Part shown: positions 1 to 12,100 of the stretch, piece after piece
How positions within the stretch are numbered: position 1 is the stretch's first letter
Layout of the letters: each line of letters begins with the position of its first letter
From: Camelus ferus
Lineage: Eukaryota
Reading direction: 5' to 3'
Assembly: GCF_009834535.1 (NCBI RefSeq)
Contig: NC_045707.1
Coordinates: 60,328,001 to 60,392,000 of the forward strand
Length of the DNA: 64,000 bases
Translations under genes and position numbers: made by a program
The notes under the pieces: model-generated
Databases searched by the model: none
Seen by the model: only the letters and a program-made list of their open reading frames with translations
Told to the model about the DNA's origin: nothing

Positions 1-2251
1 ATATCTCAACATAATAAAAGCTATATATGACAAACCTACAGCCAGCATAGTACTCGACGGTGAAAAACTCAAAAGCTTCCCACTAAAATCTGGGACAAGA
101 CAAGGATGCCCACTATCACCACTCCTATTCAACATAGTCCTGGAAGTCCTAGCCACAGCAGTCAGGCAAGAGAAAGAAATAAAAGGGATCCAAATTGGAA
201 AAGAAGAGGTAAAAGTGTTATTATATGCTGATGACATATTACTATATATAGAAAACCCTAAAAGGTCCACACAAAAGCTACTAGAGCTGAGTGAAGAATT
301 CAGCAAGGTAGCAGGTTACAAAATTAACGTTCAAAAATCAGTTGCATTTCTTTACACTAATGATAAATCAACAGAAGAAGAAAGTAAAGAAACAATCCCC
401 TTTAAAATAGCACCCAAAGTAATAAAATATCTGGGAATAAATCTAACCAAGGAGGTGAAAGAATTATACACAGAAAACCATAAACCATTGATGAAGGAAA
501 TTAAAGAAGACTTTAAAAAATGGAAAGATATTCCATGCTCTTGGATTGGAAGAATCAATATTGTTAAAATGGTCACACTGCCCAAGGCAATCTACAGATT
601 TAATGCAATCCCTATCCAATTACCCAGGACATATTTCACAGAACTAGAAAAAATCATAATAAAATTCATATGGAACCATCAAAGACCTAGAATTGCCAAA
701 GCGTTACTGAAGAGAAAGAAAGAGGCTGGAGGAATAACTCTCCCAGACTTCAGACAATACTATAGAGCTACAGTCATCAAGACAGCATGGTATTGGTACC
801 AAAACAGACATATAGACCAATGGAACAGAATAGAGAGCCCAGAAATGAACCCACAAACTTTTGGTCAACTCATCTTTGACAAAGGAGGCAAGAATATACA
901 TTGGAATAAAGACAGTCTCTTCAGCAAATGGTGTTGGGAAAACTGGACAGCAGCATGTAAAACAATGAAGCTAGAACACTCCCTTACACCATATACAAAA
1001 ATCAACTCAAAATGGATTAAAGACTTAAACATAAGACAAGATACAATAAACCTCCTAGAGGAAAACATAGGCAAAACATTATCTGACATACATCTCAAAA
1101 ATTTTCTCCTAGAAGAAATAAAAGCAAGAATAAACAAATGGGACCTAATGAAACTTACAAGCTTCTGCACAGCAAAGGAAACCAGAAATAAAACAAGAAG
1201 AAAACCTACGGAATGGGAGAAAATTTTTGCAAGTGAAACCGACAAAGGCTTGATCTCCAGAATATATAAGCAGCTCATATGACTCAATAAGAAGAAAATA
1301 AACAACCCAATCCAAAAATGGGCAGAAGACCTAAACAAGCAATTCTCCAAGGAAGACATACAAATGATCAAAAAGCACATGAAAAAATGCTCAATATCAC
1401 TAATTATCAGAGAAATGCAAATCAAAACTACAATGAGGTTATCACCTCACACCAGTCAGAATGGCCGTCATTCAAAAATGCACAAATGACAAATGCTGGA
1501 GAGGCTGTGGAGAAAGGGGAACCCTCCTACACTGCTGGTGGGAATGCAGTTTGGTGCAGCCACTATGGAAAACAGTGTGGAGATTCCTCAAAAGACTAGG
1601 AATAGACTTACCATATGACCCAGGAATCCCACTCCTGGGCTTGTATCCAGAAGGAAATCTACTTCAGGATGACACCTGCACCCCAATGTTCATAGCCGCA
1701 CTATTTACCATAGCCAAAACATGGAAACAGCCTAAATGTCCATCAACAGGTGACTGGGTAAAGAAGAGGTGGTATATTTATACAATGGAATACTACTCAG
1801 CCATAAAAACCGACAACATAATGCCATTTGCAGCAACATGGATGCTCCTGGAGAATGTCATTCTAAGTGAAGTAAGCCAGAAAGAGAAAGAAAAATACCA
1901 TATGAGATCGCTCATATGTGGAATCTAAAAAACAAAAACAAAAACAAACAAACAAACAAAAACAAAGCATAAATAAAGGACAGAAATAGACTCACAGACA
2001 GAGAATACAGACTTGTGGTTACCAGGGTGGTGGAGGGTGGGAAGGGATAGACTGGGATTTCAAAACTGTAGAATAGACTACACTGTATAGCACAGGGAAA
2101 TATACACAAAATGTTATGATAACTCACAGAGAAAAAAATGTGACAATGAGTGTATATATGTCCATGAATAACTGGAAAATTGTGCTGAACACTGGAATTT
2201 GACACAACATTGTAAAATGATTATAAATCAATAAAAAATGTTAAAAAAAAA
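1..2251 (+). mobile_element. LINE-1 retrotransposon, 3' part (ORF2 RT to C-terminal Cys-rich domain, 3'UTR, poly(A)); continues off the left edge; disabled
   Basis: Frame open from base 2: [13 protein letters not shown]...[21 protein letters not shown]...LYADD...; C-terminal [18 protein letters not shown]...ICGI* ends 1928; AATAAA 2230-2235 and A-tail to ~2251. Premature TGA 1280-1282 and +1 frameshift near 1439. Confidence 0.97.
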
Positions 2252-4585
2252 TGCAGACCAAAGAACACATCCTCATTTGGAGGGCCTTGTGGGTCCGTCT
2301 GCTAGACGGTACCGTTCTTTACCACGGGTGCAGCCAAATACAAGAACAAAACAAGTCTGCTCTACCATCATGGAAATGGCAGTTGGATAAAGCCTAGACA
2401 TTTTATCCACTGCAGATTTTATTCATATCTTTTAAATAATTCAGGGATCCCAAATAATTCTATCAAGTTGGTCTTGCAAGCCTCCATTTTCTCACACTCC
2501 TTTCTGAATCTGTCTCCCTTTATCAGGAGATTCTTTCTCTTCCTACCCACCTAGGAATGTGGAGTCATCTCCATTCAAGCTTTCCTACTGGAACAACTCC
2601 TGCCCTCAGTCTTACCTGGTTCCACTCAAGTCTGCCCCATTCAACTACACCTGCCCTGAGCTCTCTCTCCTCGGGGCCTGGTACCTTCCAGGCCCAGTTA
2701 TCTACGGCCACAATGATAAACTTCTCCAAGGGTAGTGAGGCCCTCAGTACATGCCCAAGAAGTGGCGTCTCACTTTGCAACCAGAGGGGAGAGGAGCATT
2801 TTGGAAAATAATTCATCCAAAGAGACCAAAATGTGGTCCATTTACAATGGCTCAGCCACTGGAGGCGGGGACGAATCATGAGTATAGCACACTGTCTACT
2901 GCCCAGACTTGGCCCCCAGCCCAGGCCTCATGACTGAATGCTTAGCAGTAAGGATAAGAAGTAAAAATTAACCACCAACAGAGAACCAGAGATTTTTCTC
3001 TGACTATTTCAGCACAGAAAGGCACTGGCCTGATATGACATCACTGGAAGGTTGGGAGAAGGGCGCAAGATGGGGGCCAAGTCCATCTCCCATACTTCTG
3101 GCAGCAACACCAGCAAAATCCAGATCTCGCTTCATGAGATGGTGCCCTTGATGGAGGACATGACAGCATCACAGAGCATCCCTGATCTCCTGAGTGCCGA
3201 CAGCTTCATCGGCAGGAGGCAGCCAGGCTGCGTGGAGATACCTGATGTCTTGCATCCCCAGTGGGGCAGAAAGAAACCATCATATGGCAGCGGAGGCCTT
3301 GGAGGGGTGTCAGAGAAAGCTGAAAGGACTTGTTTGAGAGTATGTGTGACTGGGGACACCCAGAATTCACTGGGGAGGCAGAAGTGAGTCGTTGAATGAG
3401 GCCAGAAGATCCAGTGTTTTACAGAAGGTATTACACAGAAACAATGTTTTGTACTTTAAGGTTAACCCATTTTCACCGCCAGGTGTGGTCTGAGGACAGC
3501 TGTCTCAAAGTGCTCCACGGGTGATGTTGGTTAAGTGATTACTCTTTCCAGGAAATGTTTGCATTTTAAAAGGGGCTTTTTGTAGACAATACCCTACCCT
3601 TTGTAAATCAACACTTCCCCTGACTGTTTAGTGAAGTCATGGGCTAATGTACCTCCACCTGAGCTCAATACTCTGCTTGTCCAGTTCTCCCAAGGCAGGA
3701 GGCCACTGCATGTGATGAGGTGGCTCTGGATTAGAAGGTAATATCTGAAGTATTTAAAGTTAAGTTTCCAGTCCCTGAGCCCCTAATCCCAAACTCATCT
3801 TTCCACTTCACTATGAAAACATTTTCATTTGGTCTTACAAAGTACTATAATAAATAAATGCTATTAAAATAATGCTATTAGGGAGGTATAAAAAGTGACA
3901 TTCAGCCATTTAATTCTAAGCTCAGAAAAATGAAAGGTCACTCTTCGGCCTGATATTTTTGTAACATTCTCATTATTAATGTACGTACCTACGTAATATA
4001 ATATGATGAGCAGAGATCTGTTCAGTTTCACCAAACATGGAAATAAAAAAGTGATTTCCGTGACATCCTTACATATCCACACTAAGTGACTAGGCCTCAG
4101 TAGCAAACAGTTTTAAGAGGCAAACCTAAGTGTCCAATAAATACTTAATTGGAAGGTTCTTCAGAGGTCGTCCAAATCAGACCTACCATTTTAAAGAGAA
4201 AACTGAGGGCAAGGTAAGCAATACCTTTTCTTCCAGGCCACCCAGCAAGTTCCTGGCCAAGCCTGATCTAGAACCTGTGTCTCTCCACCACTCAAAGTGA
4301 ATGCCTTCCCTTCTGGGTAAGGGTCTGGAGATTAAGTGGAAGCTTGTTCCCCATTTTCTCCAGAATCTCAGTTACAGGGCAGCAGTCAATCTCCATTTTT
4401 ACTCTTTATATATTGTGGTCCCTCCAAACAACCATGCCCAAACCTGCAGCATAAATGTGGCATCATGTAAAGGGGTGTCCCATTATATATTCTCCATTAT
4501 CATATTATTCCCAGAAACACCTAACCCCGCTCAAAATCCATCCTATCTGCTATGGTCTTAAATGTTTGTTACAAACACTCCCTGC

Positions 4586-4616
4586 ATCCTTGCCTAAAGC
4601 ATGCCCACACAAGTGC
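4586..4616. promoter_or_regulatory. Candidate p53 response element ~3.5 kb upstream of E2F7
   Basis: AAGCATGCCC (4597-4606, 10/10 to RRRCWWGYYY) directly followed by ACACAAGTGC (8/10), with a third half-site ATCCTTGCCT 1 nt upstream. Confidence 0.5.
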
Positions 4617-6015
4617 ACGCACACACACATACACACATGCACAAAACATACGCTGTCTTTTCATTGAGTGAGAATGCCAATTACACAACCCTTCAGGGAA
4701 CCGACCTTGCCCCACAGTGCCAAGAATGACAAGGAGTCTGTGAAGATAAAAAATGAACTCCCTCTGCTCACTATGGGACACTCAGTCACAGCTTAGGCAC
4801 CTCCCTTTGAATAGCTAGACATCTGGGTGTCATTTGAGATGGCAGCTGTAGCTGCCCTTTGGTATTAATATGATCTTTTTTGTTGTTGTGGCTAAGGCCA
4901 TGCATAGGAACCAATCACGGACTTATTCTCCTTCTGACATTGTTTGTGGTCAGCCAAGAATAAATGTTCTGCCTCCTCTGAACTTGCAAGCAGTTAGAGA
5001 AGCAAATGTATCACATTCCCAGGTCTGGAACAGCTGAAGACAAGGGCCATTTTACATGGCAGACCCTCAGTTTAAGAAGAACCGTTAAACTGATCCACTC
5101 AAAGAGATCTGAGAATCGCTAGGATGTGAAGCCAAGGTCCCTCTGTTATCCAGGTGGTGAAAAATCAGTTTCTAATTCCCTTCTGTGACTGTACTTTTGC
5201 AAACAGATGCTATACTGAGATGACTGTGCTTGCAGCAGTGGAAGAAAAGGAAAATATCAGAGGAAGCTGATACATGAAGTGGACAACTCATACCAAAGAC
5301 ATGAATTGTATTTCACTACAGTATATTCTTTCTGTAAAGGGTGACAAATCTTGAGATGTGGAACCCCGAAAGGGCAAAAGACTATTTGCAAATTTGACAA
5401 GCTGGAGAGTAATAAGTCTTGTGTGTACAGAGCAACGTCAGACATCATCTGTGTACATTATCATATCACAACCCTTGCTGCATGTTCCTCTGATATACCT
5501 CCACCCTGCCCATCAGATTTCTCATTTACAACCTCAGCTCCTTCCAAAAACCAATGACATAGCCACAAGCCAGCAAGAGCCAGTCCTTTGAAACCTCTGC
5601 ACATATTCCAGAGGGTAACATACCCCCCCAACTCTTCCTATCCTCATTGATGGGAACTGTGGGTCTGTTTCTGAAACCACTGAGTAAGAAGCATTCAAAG
5701 GAATCAATGAAAAACCATACCATTAGCCTGATGCTAAGGAACAAGACACTAGGCATCGAAAAAATACTTAATATCCAAGTTCAATTCCAGATCAAGCAAG
5801 CCAGAAATCTCTGAGTGTGCAGTTCAGGTATTGGTATCTAAAAAAAAAAAAAATTCTCTCCAGGTGACTTTAAAGCATAGACAGAGTTGAGGACCACGGG
5901 CTTAGCAAAATACAGAACCCTGAGGGCTGTTGCCCCCTAGGTAATATTATACCATTCCAAAATCCATGACCTTTCAGATTGAAATGTAAAATACTTCAAG
6001 TAGCATGAAACCTGG

Positions 6016-6427
6016 TGTGGCAATTTTTAAATATGGCCCCAAGTTCTTTAACACGTCTCCCACTGAGAAGTAGGGTGTATGTCCTCACCTCTTGAATATG
6101 AGTGGATCTTTGACTGCTTCATTTTGGAAAGTATAGCAGAAGTATAGCAAACAGGGGAGATTAAATAGACAGAAGAAGAAGAGGCAATGTGACCAGCCAG
6201 GCAGAGATGTGAGTGAGGAACCCACAGATACGTCAAGGATTGCTTACGACCACCAACCTCAGAAGCTGGAAGAGGCAAGGAAAAGACTCCCCAGAGCACC
6301 AGAGGGAGTGAGGCCCTGCCAACAGCCAGCTTTTAGACTTTCAGCCTCCAGAATTGTGAGAGAATAAACCTCTGCTTTACCCACCAGTTCGTGTTAAACA
6401 GTTACAATAGTCACAGGAAATTAATAG
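6016..6427 (+). mobile_element. ERVL-MaLR (MLT1-type) LTR
   Basis: MLT1 hallmark blocks: agaagctggaagaggcaagg, ggccctgccaac, cagcctccagaattgtgagagaataaa. Confidence 0.8.
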
Positions 6428-6884
6428 AGTTGAAGAAAATTTTTTCTTCATCTAATTTTCTACTTTCACATAAGTGTAAAATTTAACAAATCACAATTTT
6501 ACTTTTTATACTTATCTCCTTATGCTTCTACCTACAAGAGAGATTTCAGTTCAAAATATCTGGATTATTAACGTGTCAAATTTTTATTACTATTTTTCTT
6601 TATGTTTAATGTTTCCCGCGCTTTTTTTTTTTTTTTGTCTTTTTAATGTATGACCTAGCAGTGATTTTTAGGCTGTATCTATCATCAATCTTAATAGAGC
6701 ACAGATGAAGCACTTGACTAAGTGTTCTCATTTTTGCAGTTTGTTTAAATATTAAATGTTAAATATATTTGGGAGGTGAGCATGGAGCACATGGTACAGA
6801 AATAAGAAGAAGAAGAATGATAGCCTTGGAATCAAGTATACTGTTTGTAGGGGAATGTCTGTAGACGTGCTTTAAAGAAAGTTG

Positions 6885-7245
6885 GCAAATTCCAATAACG
6901 AGACATCCTACAAAATAACTTACCAGGACTCCTCCACACTGTCGAGGTCATCAAAAATGAGGAAAGTCTGAGAAATTGTCACAGCCAAGAGGAGCCTAAG
7001 GAGACACAAGGACTCAATGTAATGCTGTTATCCTGGAACAGAAAAAAGGACAGTGTACAATAATCTCGGAAATCTGAATCAAGTAATGACTTTAATTCAG
7101 AATAATATATCGATATTAGTTCACTAACTTTAACCAACGTACTGTGCAAATATAAAGATGTTAATGAACAGGTGGAAACTGCGTGCCAGATACATGGATT
7201 CTGTCCTCTCTCTTCAATTTTTCTGTAACTTTAAAACTATTCTTA
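6885..7245 (+). mobile_element. Old L1 (L1MC-like) 3' end fragment
   Basis: gtcatcaaaaatgaggaaagtctgagaaattgtcacagccaagaggagcctaaggagac resembles recalled L1MC 3'UTR consensus. Confidence 0.65.
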
Positions 7246-7802
7246 ACATTTGTTAAACACACACACACAGGGCTGTCTCTATCAACATTTCATATTCTAA
7301 GTAAAAAACTAAGGTTGAAGGAAGTGAAACATTTAATACAAATCAGCAATGTTGAGGAAATTTTCTCGACTGTTTCCCAGAACGCTAGTCCACATTGCAG
7401 TTACTTAATAAGACTAATTACCGACGACGTTCTGAAAAGGGGACACCACAAATAAACTTTCCTGGACTTGCAAAGAAAGAAAAAACAGCTGGTCCTGCCT
7501 GCAAACTAGTTACCAGGGCTAACTGGCGTGCCATCTGCTCGCGGCATGGAGTGGTAACCATGGTTCACGTGTCACACCAGCGTTCGTGTGAGGAAGTCTG
7601 CCCCAACAAGCCCGGACAACTCCGCTTCCGCGCAGGTTGCTGGGCGGAGGGGGTGGCGGCAGCAGCATCCAGGCTGTGTATATCGTTTTTCCAAACTCCA
7701 TCTGCTTTGCCCTCCCCTGACTGTGCCCGCGGTCTCCCCGCGCGGCAAGCCGAGGGGACGGGAGCGGGTCTTTTTCGCATAACAAAAGGGCCCTCCTTCT
7801 CG

Positions 7803-7826
7803 TCCTCCTCCTCCTCCTCCTCCTCC
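7803..7826. repeat. (TCC)8 microsatellite in promoter
   Basis: Eight perfect TCC units read directly. Confidence 0.95.
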
Positions 7827-8119
7827 CGCCGCCCCACGCCGCCCCGCACCGCCCCCACCTTGGCTTCCCGCGGCCGCCCGGGCCCGCGTCCCCGGCAGGA
7901 ATAGGCTCCCGGGCCCGAGGTTTCCAGGTACCCGGAAGGGGGAGGGGGCCGAGGCGGCAACAATTGGGCGGGTGAGGGCGAAACGCGCGCCCAGGAGCGC
8001 CAAGACTCCGAGGGGCGGTGAGCCCGGGCCGTGCCGCCGCGCGATTGGCCGGGGCCGCACCACCGGCCGCCGCTGATTGGTGGATTCTCAAATTCGGTCT
8101 CAAGGCGCCAGAGGAGGTG

Positions 8120-8358
8120 TTTTAGCGGGGACTGCGATCCGGGACTGCAGTCGCGCTCGGCGGGTCGGAGCGCTGGCGCTTCCCGGACGCCGCGGGGTCC
8201 CCGCCAGCGCAGGGCACTCGGAGCGGGGAACTGAGCGCCTCGCTTTCCCCGCCAGATGTCTCCGCCCGGCTGCTGATCACCTCTCCCAGCTGATCCCGCG
8301 CCGGTGTGGGATCGTGGAGGTCCCGGTGGAGGCAGGAAGCCTCCTTCGCAAAGCGGGA
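8120..8358 (+). other. E2F7: E2F7 exon 1 (non-coding 5'UTR); start approximate
   Basis: Strong donor GGA|GTAAGT at 8358/8359 inside the CpG island, downstream of the CCAAT pair. Exon 2 starts at the ATG, so an upstream exon is required. TSS not directly observable. Confidence 0.75.
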
Positions 8359-9063
8359 GTAAGTAGCGTGCGGCCCCAGCACCGGCGAGGAGGCGGGAAT
8401 TGGGGGGAAAGGGCACCCTCCCGCCCCGGCTGCCAGCCTGCCACCCGTCCCCTCCCCGACTGGCGGGGAATCGAGGCTTTTCTGCCTCGAGACCCGGCGC
8501 GCGTGGGGTGTCTTGGCTCCAGCTCTCCCTCCAGCCGGGCAGTAGAGAGAACTTGCCGTTCTTCGGGATTTGGGGGTTTCACTGCAAGAGTTTATCCTTG
8601 GGGTCTGCTGGGAGGCCTGGGAAGGGGCTGCGCTAAGCGCTGGGTGGGTTTGGTCTAGCGATCAGATTTCCTTTCCCCCTGATTCAAAACCCCCTCAAAG
8701 CCGAATTCCTCCTAGTTCTTTGCGCCAAAATTAACTGACCTAGGAGACCCTGTACTTTCTGGCAGATTTGTCCCACACCTTCTTGACTTGGAACTTAATT
8801 TTGTCCTACTGCTTTTCATTAAAAAATTACTATTTTTGTCGAAGCTTTTTTTCTTCCCAAGTTTTCAGTAATTAATAAGCACACTTTAAGTGTTTGTGTT
8901 TGTTCATGTGCGTTTTAGAGAGCTAGGGCAGATACAAGCCTGGAAATTCCCAGGATGAGTTAGGGAGGGGAAGTTCATGTTCATGAGCGAGTAGTAGATA
9001 TTTCTGTTGAAAGAGAAAATATCCAATTGTAAAATCATTTTCCCATATAATTATGCATTACAG

Positions 9064-9156
9064 ATGGAGGTGAATTGTTTAACACTACACGATCTGATCA
9101 ACCCCAGGCAGTCCAGACTAGATTTTGCAATTGAAGATGGGGAAAATGCACAAAAG
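9064..9156 (+). CDS. E2F7: E2F7 exon 2 (first coding): [31 protein letters not shown]
   Basis: ttacag|ATG ... AAG|gtaagt; 93 nt. Confidence 0.96.
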
Positions 9157-12100
9157 GTAAGTGGACTTAAATACCTTAAGTCCTGTCATATTCAGGATGG
9201 TGATATCTATTTCAATTAAGTTTTCCAATGTGCCACTTGTATTTGTATTAATAATTAATTTTGGTGAACCTTATGAAACTATACTTTTTTTTCTAAAGGA
9301 AGAGGCATCCAACTGTTGTTGAATTTCTCAGTCATTGTGCAGTGGAAAGAGGCTACATTGGATGTAATGTTGAAACCAATTTATATGAATCAAAAATATG
9401 CTGGACACTGCAATCAAAAGTTTGTAATACTCGTAGTGTTTGTAGTTTGTAATACAGCCACTCATAGTTGTCAGGAGTAGAGCTAGCTAATGCTGGGCAG
9501 AAATGTTAAGCCTCAGTTCCCAAGAAAACAGACTCTTTTACTATAAAAGCGGGATTATTAAAGTGCAGTGAAATGTTCTTTGTACCAATGAACCAGCTCT
9601 TAGAGGCTGCTCCATTCTCCCAAGAGCATGACCACTGCCTTCCATATAGGGAGAGAAAGCGGCTGAGCCCACCAACAGACACTTTGAATATTGTACAGTG
9701 CTACTGCTGGTTTTGCACTGAGCGCTCCCTTGAGGTTTTACACGCCTTGTGATTAGTAAGACAGTGGTGGTGTCTTGAAGAAACATTACAGAGTCAACCA
9801 GCCATAGTGATACGTAAGCGTCACCACCATACCCACATGGGCACAATGCTCGCGCCAGCCAGCGCCCTGCTGAAAAGGTCCAAGAGCTTGTTAGTAGAGA
9901 ACATCTAAGCATTTCTAGGCAGAGGCAAGTAGATATGACAAACCTGGATTGAGAAACTGACTGTCTGTCTGAGCATAGCAGCTTCCTTAGGCACTGAATT
10001 TCTCTAGGTTCCTGGGCTTAATTCTGGGCTTACCATCCAACTGCCTGGTTGCGAGGCACCTGTTATATGGGCCTTTGAAGATTACTTGGCAACCATTAAT
10101 TTTGGATAGGTGTGAAATTGTATGCTTTTTCATGTAGGGTTTTTTTTCCCCCTAGCATTCAATTTTTTATTTTTTTAGGAAAAGAAGTATACCAAAACAT
10201 TATCATTTTAAAGAGGACTTTTAAAGACTTCCCTATGCCACATGAGGGTGGCAATGTCCAGACTTTATATATTCAGAGTATTTTGTCTTTGGGAATTTCA
10301 GAGCAGAACTTTTTGTTTTCCTTTATAATTTGGGTGGGACAGCCTTGAAAGAATGGGTATACTTTTATATATAGGGCAAGTTGGTGTCCACCTCTTTTTT
10401 TCCAGGTCAATGACTTTTTAGCAGGTGCCTTCAACAAGGGTACTTCTCCTGCTCAGGTTAGCCCAGTGAGTGCTGTGCGCAGTTGAGTTTTTGTATTTTA
10501 GTGGGTACAGAGAAAACGGCTCTCATAGAGACTGGGAAAATGGTTAAAATGCCTGAAATAGAATACTTAAGCAGGGATTATTTCAGAGGTAGCCAGGGAA
10601 GAGAACAGTGTTCCTCACTAGGAGGGGCTTTTGCCTCTCTTTCCACGTTGTTGTGAAGTAAAGGAAGGGGGCTATCTAGGGATGGTGAGAGTGTGGAATT
10701 TGGAGTCAGAGAGATCTAGGTTTAATCTCCTATTCTACCATTTATTAGCTATGTAACCTCGAATAAATAATATTTATTCAGTCTTTCAACAAATATTTAT
10801 GTTCCAGGTGCTGGGAGTGTACACTGGTCTAATAAGTCTCCTAGCCTCTCTAAGCCTATTTTTTTCCTTCCATAAATTGGAAGTCATAAATAGCTCCTCC
10901 TGCTTGGGTGTCTGCAAAGCACCCAGCAACACATACTGCTCACAGCTTACTCAGTTGAACTGACAGCCCAAAGATGAATATGATGCAGGCCTGGCCCTTG
11001 GTTACCTGATAGACTTTCGGGGAGTCACATGTAAAGCTTACCAACTAGACTATGATTTAGTAAGTACTGCAGTAGGAATAGAACAGTGTCCCGGCAGAAC
11101 AGAGAAGTAAGGAGGAAATGCATGGGGAGTCTAGAGAGAGTTGGCAAGCTTCACAGAGATGGTAATATCTGGACTCAAGATGTTCAACCTACAAGGAAAC
11201 AGGAGAGAGCAAAATGGACATTGGAGGCAGAGGAATCAACATGAAGTGTGGACGTTCAAGACATGTTCAAAGTTTCCAGAGTGGCCAGAAGTCTGTGGTG
11301 CTTCTGGAAACCCTCTGGGGGGGTGGGGGGTGCCTGGAACCATGTCCTGTGAGTTAGCTGGTGTTTAGAGAACTTATCTTTCTGGACTGTCTACACATTG
11401 GTCAAGTTCTGTAGGTACTATATTAAGCATGCAGCTTCCTGCCACTTGCAGAGAAACTTCTCTTTAAAACAAAGGAGTTTTCAACTTCATTACCCAATCT
11501 TACCGCACCCAGTTGTCAGATTATAAGCAAGACTCTCCTCTTAAGATGTCTATAGCGCATTTAAGAATGATATAAGTAGGAAAAGGGTGGTTGGGGATGA
11601 AGAGGTGAACAATAAGCCTGAGCTGTCGGGAAGGGCTTGTGAAGGAGATAACGCCTGAGCTAGGGCTTAAAGGAATGACTGCTGGGACTTGGGCAAGTGG
11701 AGAGGAAGGGAACTAGTAAAGAAGTAGAAATGAGGTTGGGACAACGTCTAGACATGGTGGGCATGGGTTTTCTTTAAAGGCCATTCATCTTTGTGGAGTG
11801 GTGAAGAAAGATGGTTAAGTTCAGACTTGAAGCATATAGTTGTACCTGTGTGATCAGAGGTAAATAAATATGTGAAAGAGGCCGTTGGTGGTGGCCAGAT
11901 TTGGGGATTCATGGAAGATCCTGGCTAGCAACAGACTTGGGAATTATCAACATACAGGGTGGCTCTAAAGCCTTGTATATGAGTGGGTGAGCTGCCCCAG
12001 AGAGCAACAGAGAGGCATGGAGGGCTGAGGTCTGTAAGATTGGAAAAGAGGAACCAGTGAAGGAGGCTGAGGAGGAACAGTCAGAAGTAGGAAGAGAACC

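Larger units (their letters stand above)
7540..8730 (+). promoter_or_regulatory. E2F7: CpG-island, TATA-less promoter of E2F7 with CCAAT boxes, GC boxes and E2F sites
   Basis: Dense CpG/GC-rich block. Inverted CCAAT (ATTGG) at 7963, 8044, 8076; E2F-type TTCCCGCG 7865-7872, GGCGGGAA 8392-8399, GCGCCAAA 8722-8729; E-box CACGTG 7566-7571. Confidence 0.9.

Noticed and set aside
865..1425. 186-aa minus-strand ORF and similar hydrophobic ORFs over L1 copies
   Set aside because: Antisense shadow of A-rich L1 ORF2.
2260..2935. Possible ERV gag remnant (CNQRGEEH vaguely zinc-knuckle-like)
   Set aside because: No intact CCHC motif or other recognisable retroviral motif; cannot be supported without a search.
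7395..8658. Many long overlapping ORFs (up to 283 aa) on both strands
   Set aside because: Expected from stop-codon scarcity in a GC-rich CpG island; low-complexity G/R/P/A products, and the poly-E/poly-S runs come from (TCC)8.
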